In this document: positions 8,365 through 17,495 of the stretch, one piece after another | Position numbering within the stretch: the first letter of the stretch is position 1 | Layout: each line of letters opens with the position of its first letter | NCBI GenBank assembly: GCA_022340885.1 | Contig: JAJDND010000055.1 | Span: forward strand, 1,907 to 65,906 | Source: Desulfobacterales bacterium | Lineage (GTDB): Bacteria; Desulfobacterota; Desulfobacteria; Desulfobacterales; UBA11574 | Direction: 5' to 3' | DNA length: 64,000 bases | The notes under the pieces: generated by a model | What the model was told of the DNA's origin: nothing | Seen by the model: only the letters and a program-made list of their open reading frames with translations | Database searches by the model: none | Program-made: the position numbers and the translations under genes

Positions 8365-9480
8365 TCATTTTTGCTGCTTTTTTTCGGAGCTGCTTTTTTT
8401 GTCCTCATCTCTTTCTTTGAGCCAGCGGGCAATTTTGGGTGCAAATTCCTTTTGACACTTTGAGCTCACATAAATTCCGATATGACCCGTATCCAGACAA
8501 ATATCTTCAGTATCCTTACTCCCGACTTTACCGGTCAGCAGTTCACACGCTTCGGGAGGTACAAGGTGGTCATATTTCCCATAAAAATTCAAAAGCGGCA
8601 TGGTAATTTTTTTTAAATCAACACGTTTCCCGCCGACCTCCATTTTGTTCTGAATCAGCAGATTCTTCTGGTAACAGTCCCGAATAAATTGTCGAAAAGT
8701 TTCACCCGGGACATCCGGGCTGTCAAAAATCCATTTTTCCATCCGGACAAAATTTTCTACGAATTTTTTATTGGCCATATTTTCCATAAATCCAACATAC
8801 TTGTCTATCATCAACCGGGCCGGGTTGAGCAGCAGAAAACCCATGTTCATGATATCTCCGGGAATATTTCCGTAAGTATCTACAATGCGATCCACGTCCA
8901 TATCCTTCATCCAGATATGCAGCAGCCCTTGGTCGGTATCGAAGTTTGTCGGTGTTACCGTGGTTACCAGATTTTTTATTTTTTCAGGATGAAGGGCAGA
9001 GTAAATAACACAGAACGTACCGCCCATGCAAATGCCCATCAAATGGATTTTATCCAGGCGGTGTTTGTCGAGAATAAAATTAACGACATTATCCATATAT
9101 CCGTTCACATGATCGTCGATGGTGAGATATCGGTCTTTACGGGCCGGATACCCCCAGTCGATCATATAGACGTCTATTCCTTCTTGTAAAAAATTGTGAA
9201 CGACGCTCCTTCCGGGCTGAAGATCCAGCATGGTTTCCCGGTTAATCAATGCATAGACCACAAGGAGCGGTCTTTTGAGTTGAGTGTCGCCCGTCGGCTT
9301 ATAATGCTTTAATTTTACGCGATCTTCTTCATAAACGATATCGTAAGGCGTGACGGCAATCTCGGTTTCAAGGGGTTCAAGCAAAACATCCGATGCCTTT
9401 TGGACACTTTCACCGGCCTTTTCCGCCTCCTCGGCCAGTTTGGATAAGATCAGATCAACAGATATCTTGGACTGCGCCAT
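8365..9480 (-). CDS. phaC: class III PHA synthase subunit PhaC
   Basis: PLLVVYALINR, LDLQP, GICMGG, MEKWIFDSPD, DHLV and TGHIG; 371 aa. Confidence 0.95.
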   Translation of the reverse strand: MAQSKISVDLILSKLAEEAEKAGESVQKASDVLLEPLETEIAVTPYDIVYEEDRVKLKHYKPTGDTQLKRPLLVVYALINRETMLDLQPGRSVVHNFLQEGIDVYMIDWGYPARKDRYLTIDDHVNGYMDNVVNFILDKHRLDKIHLMGICMGGTFCVIYSALHPEKIKNLVTTVTPTNFDTDQGLLHIWMKDMDVDRIVDTYGNIPGDIMNMGFLLLNPARLMIDKYVGFMENMANKKFVENFVRMEKWIFDSPDVPGETFRQFIRDCYQKNLLIQNKMEVGGKRVDLKKITMPLLNFYGKYDHLVPPEACELLTGKVGSKDTEDICLDTGHIGIYVSSKCQKEFAPKIARWLKERDEDKKSSSEKKQQK

Positions 9481-9490
9481 GAAATCACCT

Positions 9491-10396
9491 CTAGTTGGAT
9501 TTTAAAAGCTTAATTTCGAGTTCTTTTATTCGCTTTTTTAAAAGATAAATCTCCTTGTACAGCTCATCCATTTCCTTTTGGGTTGGTACAGGGAGCATAT
9601 ACAGCAGAGTATCCTGAAGAAGATCTTTTTTTGCTTCCGAAAATTCCGACATGGAATGTAAGGTTTTATTCAAAATCTTAGTATATTCAAGAGATTGAAA
9701 CAGCGTCATGTAATGTCCTTCAAGAGTTTTAATCCACATCTGATAATATGCTTTTGAATCTTCAGGAAGATTACCTTTATCCGCCAATTCCGTCAGTTTT
9801 TCCTGCATGACCTGGAAGGATTTTTCCATGGGTAAAGACAACAGACGCAAAAATTCAGTCAAGCTGGATTGAAATATGTTATATTTATCCACAGACCGGA
9901 TCATTTTTTCTTGGTAAAATCGTGTCAATCCCAGTTGCGGTATGTTGAATATTTTTCTTAATTCTGTCTCATAGAGTTGTATCCAAACCTTAATGGCATC
10001 TTCGTCGAGATTCTCAAACGTATACGATTTTGTTGAGTCCTGTACTTTTTCTGCCTTCTCAAGCCATTGCTTTTGAATTTGAACAAAACTTTTCAGGCCG
10101 GTTTGGGCAAGTGTTAAAAAAAATTCGGGGAGTATCCCTGTCCCTTTAAAAATGGCTTCCATGGTTTCCGGTTCACTGATAACCTGCGACCATGTTTTCC
10201 AGGTTTTTTGCGTACTCCTCCATGATTTCTCAAACCGACTTGATTTACCATCTCTTTTTGATTCCTTTGGTACACCAGCGGCCATATTAGCAGCCGGCCA
10301 CATAGCGGTCATCGATTCCCAAAATGCCATGTAAGTTTTTATCCAATCCGAAAAAAAGGCTTCCGGTCCGATATCATCCTTTTCTTTGTCACTCAT
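9491..10396 (-). CDS. phaE: class III PHA synthase subunit PhaE
   Basis: PQLGLTRFYQE, YYQMWI..LE and LPVPTQKEMDELYKEIYLLKKRI; directly upstream of phaC. Confidence 0.88.
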   Translation of the reverse strand: MSDKEKDDIGPEAFFSDWIKTYMAFWESMTAMWPAANMAAGVPKESKRDGKSSRFEKSWRSTQKTWKTWSQVISEPETMEAIFKGTGILPEFFLTLAQTGLKSFVQIQKQWLEKAEKVQDSTKSYTFENLDEDAIKVWIQLYETELRKIFNIPQLGLTRFYQEKMIRSVDKYNIFQSSLTEFLRLLSLPMEKSFQVMQEKLTELADKGNLPEDSKAYYQMWIKTLEGHYMTLFQSLEYTKILNKTLHSMSEFSEAKKDLLQDTLLYMLPVPTQKEMDELYKEIYLLKKRIKELEIKLLKSN

Positions 10397-10521
10397 TATT
10401 CACCTCATTTTATGCATCCTTCGAAAACTTTATCATTTTATTTTCTCTTTCAACAGCATAAAATGTCAATAAAAAACCATTTCAAAGACCCGCCAGAAAT
10501 TCTTTGGAGAATGATGATTTT

Positions 10522-10609
10522 TGGGAAAAATCCCTATTTGATGGGGGCATTTCCCTATAAAAATGAATCCTTTGTCTTATGGACATGGTTTTTCAGAATT
10601 TGTTAGGTT
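10522..10609 (+). promoter_or_regulatory. phased palindrome array plus TGGACA -35 (copy 2 of 4)
   Basis: TGGGAAAAATCCCTA 10522, TGGGGGCATTTCCCTA 10542, TGGACA 10580, TGnTAGGTT -10. Confidence 0.65.
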
Positions 10610-10673
10610 AAAATCACTAAAAAGTTTTTCCTGAACACATGGCGGGAGGCTACACTTCTCATCCGCTTTCATG

Positions 10674-10706
10674 GAGTGGTTCCCTGAGGTAGGGAACCAT
10701 TCTTTT
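10674..10706 (+). terminator. hairpin plus T-tract in the dodecin leader
   Basis: GAGTGGTTCCCT-gaggt-AGGGAACCATTC followed by TTTT. Confidence 0.6.
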
Positions 10707-10761
10707 CATTAACTGGGTTGTATTATTACAACAAAGAAAACTGCCGTGAGAGGAGGCGAAT

Positions 10762-10974
10762 ATGAGTGGAAGCGTTTATAAGGTCGTCGAGCTAGTGGGC
10801 ACGAGTGATGTTTCATGGGAAAAAGCCGCGGAAAACGCGGTACTCACCGCCGGAAAAACTCTAAGAGATTTGAGGGTGGCTGAAATTACCAAATTCGATT
10901 TGACAATCAAAGACGGCAAGATTGCTTCTTATCGTGCCCGGGTCACCCTATCTTTCAAGTATGAGAATGCCTGA
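10762..10974 (+). CDS. dodecin (flavin-binding)
   Basis: VYKVVELVGTSDVSWEKAAENAV...YRARVTLSFKYE; 70 aa; RBS GAGGAGG. Confidence 0.9.
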   Translation: MSGSVYKVVELVGTSDVSWEKAAENAVLTAGKTLRDLRVAEITKFDLTIKDGKIASYRARVTLSFKYENA

Positions 10975-11023
10975 GATATATGAATTTTGACAAATTTGCT
11001 GCCGTCGTCTGGAAGTTTGAACC

Positions 11024-11314
11024 ATGCCATATACACACAATGAAGTTGTAGCAAAGAAAAAGCTCCCCAATGTCGGACAAATTGTGCGGAGTAAAAAGCA
11101 CGGGACCCTTTGGCGGGTCATGGAAAAAAGGGAGGTATGGCAGCATTCGGCGGATGATCCTTCAACCGGACAGCCGCAGTTGCTTCCCGCCATTTATTTG
11201 GCCTATTGGCGGGTGCGGAAAGGGGTGCTGCCGGGTGTCGGGCATATGCTCGGATACGCATACACCCTTCACGACAATACGTTTGAGGCCAACTGGGAGA
11301 TCATGGAAGGGTAA
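11024..11314 (+). CDS. hypothetical protein
   Basis: 96-aa ORF following dodecin and ending before a terminator; protein-like composition. Confidence 0.65.
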   Translation: MPYTHNEVVAKKKLPNVGQIVRSKKHGTLWRVMEKREVWQHSADDPSTGQPQLLPAIYLAYWRVRKGVLPGVGHMLGYAYTLHDNTFEANWEIMEG

Positions 11315-11350
11315 CAAACAGCGTACCGGTAACAGTCAATCTGTTTTTTC

Positions 11351-11383
11351 AAAAGGGTGTTGATTGAAACACCCTTTTTTTTT
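11351..11383 (+). terminator. intrinsic terminator
   Basis: AAAAGGGTGTT-gattga-AACACCCTTTT followed by a T run. Confidence 0.8.
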
Positions 11384-11460
11384 AATTATTGAACAACAAT
11401 ATTTGAACATGACTATAAAGTTGTGATAAAGATCGCATCATTAACCGGTGGAGGTTGTTT

Positions 11461-12993
11461 ATGGCGAAAAAGCCAACCTATAAAGAGTTGGAACAGCGGG
11501 TTAAGGTGCTGGAACAAGAGAGCGCCAACCGCATGGCGGCGGAAAAAGCATTTCGGGAGAGCGAGAAAAAGTATCGACTCCTGGTAAAAAACCTTCCCAG
11601 TATCGTATACAGGGGATATGCCGACTGGTCGGTTGAGTTTTTTGATTCAAAAATTAAACAGATCACCGGATACAGCCCGGCATTATTTAACTCCAAGAAA
11701 ATGAAATGGAGAGATATCATTGTTGACGAAGATGCCGAAAATGCCAAAGCGATTTTCATCCGGGCGCTCAAAACCAACAAATCTTATGTAAGGGAATATA
11801 AAGTCAGATCTAGAAGCGGCGATATCCGCTGGATCCAGGAAAGGGGACAGATCGTTTGTAAAACCAATAAGAAACTTCAATATGTCAGCGGTGTGTTTTT
11901 CGATATTACCGAAAACAAAGAATCCCAGGAAAAACTGCGTAAAAGCGAAGAAATGGCGAGGGCCCTTTTGAACGCAACCACCGATGCGGTTGTGCTGTTG
12001 GATCCTGATGGCCTCATTCTGGACATCAATGACGCTTACGCCAAAAAATTTCAAAAGACGTCGAATGAAATGCTTGGATTATGTATATGGTATTTGGTTC
12101 CACACGAAGTCGCGGGCCTCAGAATGACCAACGTCAAAAGAGTTTTTCAAACCGGATGGCCGGTACGCATCGTTGATGAGCGAAATGGTATATGGCATGA
12201 TACCAATATCTATCCGGTATCCGATTCACTGGGAGACGTCAAACGCGTTGCTGTTTTTGCCCGGGACATCACCAACAGAAAGCTGGCTGAAGAACACATT
12301 CACACACTGACCCGACTTCTTTTAAGTGCAAGAGAAAGCGAACGTCAGCGGATCGCCCGCGATCTTCACGATAATGTGGCACAGGAGCTTTCTCTTCTAA
12401 GAATCGGATGGGAAACGCTGTTTGATGATCAATTCCGCGTCCCGGAAAAGGTAAAACAAAAGGCGGTGGAATTATCAAAAATTCTTCAAAAATCCATATC
12501 GGCAATCCGGGATATGGCCTATGATCTGCACCCTCCGGGACTCTACCAGTTTGGGCTGGTCCACACCGCATATCAGTATTGTGAAGAATTCTCGGAGAAA
12601 CATAACATAGACATCGATTTTGTTGCAGCCGGTCTGGAAGACTTGAAAATTCCGGCAGACACCGAAATCAATCTTTATCGTCTGATTCAAGAGGCCCTCT
12701 GGAACATTCAAAAACACGCCGATGCAACCCAAGCAATTGTCAAACTGGTAGCGTCTTTTCCCAACATCATCCTTCGTATAGAGGATGACGGGGCGGGGTT
12801 TAATGTTAGAAAACGGTTGGCGGAGGCCTCAAAGGAGAAACGAATGGGGCTTCGGAGTATGGAGGAGCGGGTCGGCCTGCTGAAGGGAAAAATGAGGATT
12901 CAATCACGTCCCAAAGAAGGCACAAAAATTTTTATCGAAGTGCCTTATAAGGAGACAGAACGTGACCGAGAAGAAAAACATTATCATTATTGA
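11461..12993 (+). CDS. cytoplasmic PAS-PAS HisKA_3 sensor histidine kinase
   Basis: Two PAS/PAC domains, ERQRIARDLHD H-box, QEALWNIQKHA, EDDGAGF and GLRSMEERV; no TM segment. Confidence 0.92.
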   Translation: MAKKPTYKELEQRVKVLEQESANRMAAEKAFRESEKKYRLLVKNLPSIVYRGYADWSVEFFDSKIKQITGYSPALFNSKKMKWRDIIVDEDAENAKAIFIRALKTNKSYVREYKVRSRSGDIRWIQERGQIVCKTNKKLQYVSGVFFDITENKESQEKLRKSEEMARALLNATTDAVVLLDPDGLILDINDAYAKKFQKTSNEMLGLCIWYLVPHEVAGLRMTNVKRVFQTGWPVRIVDERNGIWHDTNIYPVSDSLGDVKRVAVFARDITNRKLAEEHIHTLTRLLLSARESERQRIARDLHDNVAQELSLLRIGWETLFDDQFRVPEKVKQKAVELSKILQKSISAIRDMAYDLHPPGLYQFGLVHTAYQYCEEFSEKHNIDIDFVAAGLEDLKIPADTEINLYRLIQEALWNIQKHADATQAIVKLVASFPNIILRIEDDGAGFNVRKRLAEASKEKRMGLRSMEERVGLLKGKMRIQSRPKEGTKIFIEVPYKETERDREEKHYHY

Positions 12994-13639
12994 CGATCAT
13001 CCACTTTTTAGAGAAGGCCTCAAAACCATCATCGGGCGTGATTCCCGATTCAAGTTGGTCGGGGAAGCGGGGAGCGGTCGTGAAGGACTCGCAATGGTCA
13101 AAAACCTGAAACCCGATTTGGTTATCGTGGACATATCCCTGCCGGATCAGAGCGGCATTCAACTTGCACGGGAGTTGCGCGAGCGCTTGCCTGAAACAAA
13201 GATTATGATCGTCAGCATGCATTCAAAAATCGATTATATTGCAGAAGCATTTCAAGCCGGTGCAACAGGATATGTCGTTAAGGAATCTGCCAGCGAAAGA
13301 CTGATTCAAGGGCTGGAAGCTGTCGCAAAAGGTGATTATTTTCTGGACAGTTCCGTTTCCCATTCTGTGGTCGAAAATCTCATGAAATCTCCATTAAAAA
13401 CCGCAAAGATTACGGATTCCGATTATGCCACGCTGACGCCCAGAGAACAAGAGGTGATGCGCCAGCTTGCCGAGGGACTCTCCAGCAAAGAAGTTGCCGA
13501 GAAACTTTTTATCAGTCCCAAGACCGTTGAAAATCATCGCGCCAATATCATGAGCAAACTTGGCCTGCACAGCACGATCGAATTGATCCGATATGCGGCA
13601 AAACTCGGCCTTATCGACGTGGATCTCTGGAAAGATTGA
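12962..13639 (+). CDS. NarL/FixJ-family response regulator (REC-LuxR HTH)
   Basis: IIDDHPLFREG, VDISLPD and LTPREQEV...ISPKTVENHRANIMSKL; overlaps the kinase. Confidence 0.95.
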   Translation: MTEKKNIIIIDDHPLFREGLKTIIGRDSRFKLVGEAGSGREGLAMVKNLKPDLVIVDISLPDQSGIQLARELRERLPETKIMIVSMHSKIDYIAEAFQAGATGYVVKESASERLIQGLEAVAKGDYFLDSSVSHSVVENLMKSPLKTAKITDSDYATLTPREQEVMRQLAEGLSSKEVAEKLFISPKTVENHRANIMSKLGLHSTIELIRYAAKLGLIDVDLWKD

Positions 13640-13662
13640 AAAACATCGCTTTTTCCCCTCTT

Positions 13663-13752
13663 TCGGGATAACTTCCCGACCCATTAGGATTTTCCCCTAG
13701 TAAAATAAACCTTCCCATCTATGGACAAGAGAAATTACAACCTGTTAAAAAT
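13663..13752 (+). promoter_or_regulatory. phased palindrome array plus TGGACA -35 (copy 3 of 4)
   Basis: TCGGGATAACTTCCCGA 13663, TAGGATTTTCCCCTA 13685, TGGACA 13722. Confidence 0.65.
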
Positions 13753-13806
13753 AAATTAAATATTTTTGTCGATGTTCTTCGAATATCCTTTAATAAAGGG
13801 GGAAAC

Positions 13807-14001
13807 ATGATCTCTTCTCCATGTAAAAATTGCTCCAGGAGAAATCTGCCGAAGGAGAAGTGTTTCAAAGAGTGCCAATTGCTGCAGTCCATACAGGATA
13901 TGGAGTTGACCGCCGAGAAACTGAATGACGGAAGCGGAATAGATTTCACGGAAGAGTACAGTTTCAATATGCCTTTTGCGTTTTCGACGAGCTCTTTTTA
14001 A
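13807..14001 (+). CDS. small Cys-rich hypothetical protein
   Basis: SPCKNC...CFKEC; RBS AAAGGGGGA; downstream of the promoter array. Confidence 0.6.
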   Translation: MISSPCKNCSRRNLPKEKCFKECQLLQSIQDMELTAEKLNDGSGIDFTEEYSFNMPFAFSTSSF

Positions 14002-14022
14002 AGTTTCATGATTTCCGCTATA

Positions 14023-14059
14023 TAGAGACCTTTGAAAACAGCGTTTTTTTTAAAAGGTC
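14023..14059. repeat. collapsed MITE-end hairpin
   Basis: TAGAGACCTTTGAAAA matches the end of the 40742 element and pairs with TTTTAAAAGGTC. Confidence 0.45.
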
Positions 14060-14164
14060 AGATCGAAGATCTCGAACCTTGAACGGGTAACGGCGTCAAT
14101 TTTAATCCTAATTGAAATTTGGCGGATAAACCATTTCGATGAAAAATCTGCTCTTAATTTCGAT

Positions 14165-14398
14165 ATGTCAAAAAACAGCAAAAAATCGATAAAGCGCAGG
14201 GATTGCCAAAGGAAAACCAACCAGAAAGCAATGAATGCATTCGATCCTAGAGAACAGCGGACTCAAAAAAAGAACTTTCTTGATATCGAGACCTTGATTC
14301 GAAGCATCCAGCGTGCCGAAGGCCAAACAGACTGTTTTAAAATGGGGATGGTGGATTGCGATCACATGGATTGCAAATGGCGCGTTTTTTGTCTGTGA
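14165..14398 (+). CDS. small protein with C-terminal Cys cluster (LIRSIQRAEG..DCF...C....CxWR..CL)
   Basis: Four-Cys motif recalled from small deltaproteobacterial proteins. The start may be ATG 14231. Confidence 0.6.
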   Translation: MSKNSKKSIKRRDCQRKTNQKAMNAFDPREQRTQKKNFLDIETLIRSIQRAEGQTDCFKMGMVDCDHMDCKWRVFCL

Positions 14399-14638
14399 AA
14401 TTAACCTTTTTGGGAGCACTCAGCATTGAGTTGCCACGTCCCGAAGAAACAACCTATCCGCCCCGTCACCTTCAATAGCGCTTATCTCACCGCCTGATTA
14501 ATACCTGTGCATAACCCTTTTTCTTTTCATCTGTATAGCCTCTAATCCTCAAAAAATTTGCCATCCGGTTGATATAATTTTCAATGTGTAATATAGAACG
14601 ACGATCTCTCATGACAATTTATACCCGGCGAGGTGTGA

Positions 14639-14959
14639 ATGTTTCTGATTGGCGGCGTTACGCCTAAAATGAAAGTACTCGACAATACCCCCAGGCGATG
14701 CCCGGTGTGCGGTCTTCATCAGGCCTATTACAAACGGGTGGATCATTATTTTAATCTGTTTTTCATTCCCATTGTAAGGGTCAAGAAGGGAGAGCCGTTT
14801 ATCATGTGTGAAAGATGTGAAAAAGCGGTCAATGAATTCGACGCAGAAGACCGCAGTGGCCGCCTGGATGTCGCACCGTCGACATGCCCCCATTGCGGGA
14901 AAACATTGGACGAATCGTTTAGATATTGTCCGTACTGTGGAAAGCCTAGTTCTAGTTGA
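14639..14959 (+). CDS. zinc-ribbon domain protein
   Basis: CPVC, FNLFFIPI, CERC, CPHC and CPYCG. Confidence 0.85.
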   Translation: MFLIGGVTPKMKVLDNTPRRCPVCGLHQAYYKRVDHYFNLFFIPIVRVKKGEPFIMCERCEKAVNEFDAEDRSGRLDVAPSTCPHCGKTLDESFRYCPYCGKPSSS

Positions 14960-15456
14960 ATATGAATCGTCCTATACAGCAATTCGATCATAATAATGAA
15001 CGCCATGTGGTTCTGGTGAAACCGGAAGTGCCCTGGAACACCGGCAACATCGGCCGCACCTGTCTGGGCGCCGGCGCATATCTTCACCTGATAAAACCGC
15101 TGGGTTTTTCCCTTGATGATCGCGACCTCAAAAGAGCCGGACTCGATTACTGGCACAAGGTCAAACTCTCGGTCTGGGACGATTTTAGCGGATTTCAACA
15201 AAAAATGAATCCGTCACCGGAAGAAGTGGCGCTGTTTACGAAAAACGGTTCCATTTCCTTCTGGTCCATGCCGTCTCCGGAAAGGCTGTTTCTCATTTTC
15301 GGGTCGGAAACCAAAGGCCTTCCGGAAAAAATTTTACATCAGTACCGCCATGCCGCCTTTCATATCCCCACGACATCGGAAATCCGGTGCCTGAACCTGT
15401 CCACATCCGTGGGAATTGCGTTGTATGAAAGCCTGCGCCTTTCACCAAAAAAATAG
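14956..15456 (+). CDS. trmL: tRNA (cytidine/uridine-34-2'-O)-methyltransferase
   Basis: PEVPWNTGNIGRTC, LKRAGLDYW, FGSETKGLP and LNLS SPOUT motifs. Confidence 0.92.
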   Translation: MNMNRPIQQFDHNNERHVVLVKPEVPWNTGNIGRTCLGAGAYLHLIKPLGFSLDDRDLKRAGLDYWHKVKLSVWDDFSGFQQKMNPSPEEVALFTKNGSISFWSMPSPERLFLIFGSETKGLPEKILHQYRHAAFHIPTTSEIRCLNLSTSVGIALYESLRLSPKK

Positions 15457-15481
15457 GGCGCGGTAACTATCCGCGCCCTAT
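15453..15481. terminator. hairpin between convergent trmL and fhs
   Basis: ATAGGGCGCGG-taactat-CCGCGCCCTAT; an A-run upstream gives a T-tract on the minus strand. Confidence 0.7.
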
Positions 15482-15514
15482 CGATTCAACAGATTATTTC
15501 TTCAACGATACGAT

Positions 15515-17278
15515 TTAGAACAATCCTTTTACCTTTCCGGTGTTTACATCCACATCCACCCTGCGATATGCCGGATCGGAGCTGGTTCCGGGCATCAGGC
15601 TGATGGTGCCGCAGCAGGGGCAGAGGAACTTGGCGCCCGAGAAGATCAGCACATCTCGAACCGGAAGGGTCCAGCCTTTGGGCACGCCCTTGACCGCCGG
15701 GTCATGGGTCAGGGAGAGATGGGTTTTGACCATCATGGTGGTGTAATCGTCGTACTTGGAATCCGCTTCAAGCATCTTGGCCTTGGCCTCTGCATCAGGG
15801 GTCCAGGCCACACCATCGGCGCCGTAAACGTTCTTTGCGATGAGCTCGACCCGGTCGCGCAGCTTCGTTTCCAGGGGATAGAGGAATTTGAAGTCCGGTT
15901 CACCTTTACAGGCATCAATCACCACATCGGCAAATTCCAGGGCTCCGTCGCCGCCGTCTGCCCAATGCGTGGAAACCGCACAGCCTGCACCGGCTTCTTC
16001 GGCGTACTTTCGAACCATGGCGATTTCATCCTTGGTGTCGGTATGGAAGCAGTTGATGCAGACCACCGGATTGATGCCGGACATCCGGATGGTGTTGATA
16101 TGATGCACCATATTGGCAACGCCCTTTTCCAGCAAGCCCAGGTCTTCGCTCTTATACTCTTCGGGCAACGGCAAACCGGCCACGACCTTGGGGCCGCCGC
16201 CGTGCATCTTCAATGCACGAATCGTGGTGGTCAGAACGGAAACATGGGGCTTCAATCCGCTGTAACGGCATTTGACGTTCCAGAATTTCTCGAAGCCGAT
16301 GTCTGCGCCGAATCCGGATTCGGTGACATGGTAGTCGTAAATCTTCAGGCCGACACGGTCGGCAATGATTGACGACTGGCCCACGGCGATATTGGCAAAC
16401 GGGCCGGCATGGACCATGCACGGCTGATATTCGGCGGTGCACATAAGGGTCGGGTTAATGGTGTTTCGCATCCAGGCGGTCATGGCATTTCCCACTTCCA
16501 GATCGCCCGTGGTGACCACCTTTCCACTTTTGTCAAAGGCCAGTGTGATGTTGTTCAATTTTTCGCGCAGATCGGCCAGGTCACGAACGATGGACAGAAT
16601 CGCCATAAGCTCGGAACTCACTGCGATACCGAACTTGGACTGCATGGTGAATCCATCGTACCGGCCGCCCAAACCGATAATGATATTCCGCAGAGACTGA
16701 GCGCAGAAATCCAAAATCCATCCCATCTCAACCCGGGTGGGATCGATGTTCAGCCTCGGCATACGGGTCAGGCGGGCCAGTTGTTCATCGTTGTAATTGC
16801 GCTCATGCTGCATTCTGGCGGTTAGCGCAGTCATTGCCAGGTTGTGAGCGTTCATGATGTCATTGATGTCGCCGGTCAGTCCCATGGAAAATTCGGTCAT
16901 GGGGATGAGCAACGAGTTGCCGCCGCCGGCTGCCGTACCTTTAATGTTCATGGTCGGGCCGCCGGAAGGTTGGCGCAGACAGCCGCCCACATGCACGCCG
17001 CGTTTGCCCATACCTTCCATCAAACCGCAGGATGTGGTGCTTTTCCCTTCGCCCAAAGGCGTCGGGGTAATGGCGGTAACTTCAATGTACTTGCCGTCGG
17101 GTTTGTCCTTCAAACGCTCAATGATCTTCAGAAAGTCCAGTTTGCACAATCTTCCCATGGGCAGGATTTCATCTTTTTCCAGCGCTAATTTTTCTCGCCA
17201 CTCATCGGGAGTCGGCATGTTTTCTTCGGCCGCTTCTGAAATCTGCCAGTCAGCCATTTCTACCGCATTGTAAGCCAT
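15515..17278 (-). CDS. fhs: formate--tetrahydrofolate ligase
   Basis: [34 protein letters not shown] and [14 protein letters not shown]. Confidence 0.97.
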   Translation of the reverse strand: MAYNAVEMADWQISEAAEENMPTPDEWREKLALEKDEILPMGRLCKLDFLKIIERLKDKPDGKYIEVTAITPTPLGEGKSTTSCGLMEGMGKRGVHVGGCLRQPSGGPTMNIKGTAAGGGNSLLIPMTEFSMGLTGDINDIMNAHNLAMTALTARMQHERNYNDEQLARLTRMPRLNIDPTRVEMGWILDFCAQSLRNIIIGLGGRYDGFTMQSKFGIAVSSELMAILSIVRDLADLREKLNNITLAFDKSGKVVTTGDLEVGNAMTAWMRNTINPTLMCTAEYQPCMVHAGPFANIAVGQSSIIADRVGLKIYDYHVTESGFGADIGFEKFWNVKCRYSGLKPHVSVLTTTIRALKMHGGGPKVVAGLPLPEEYKSEDLGLLEKGVANMVHHINTIRMSGINPVVCINCFHTDTKDEIAMVRKYAEEAGAGCAVSTHWADGGDGALEFADVVIDACKGEPDFKFLYPLETKLRDRVELIAKNVYGADGVAWTPDAEAKAKMLEADSKYDDYTTMMVKTHLSLTHDPAVKGVPKGWTLPVRDVLIFSGAKFLCPCCGTISLMPGTSSDPAYRRVDVDVNTGKVKGLF

Positions 17279-17495
17279 CTACTCAATCCTCCTCTTTAAT
17301 GTTTGGGTTAATAAAGCAGGAACCCCATACCCACGGGTGGGTTCCTTCGGCTTCGGTTGATTCATTTGAGATGTTGATGTTAGGATTCAGACCTTGCTTT
17401 AAAACACAAGCCATTCGATTTGGCAAGCAAAATAAACAATTTCGGAATAATGCAAAAAAAAGAAAAATTGTCAATAGAAAAATGAATTTACAGCC

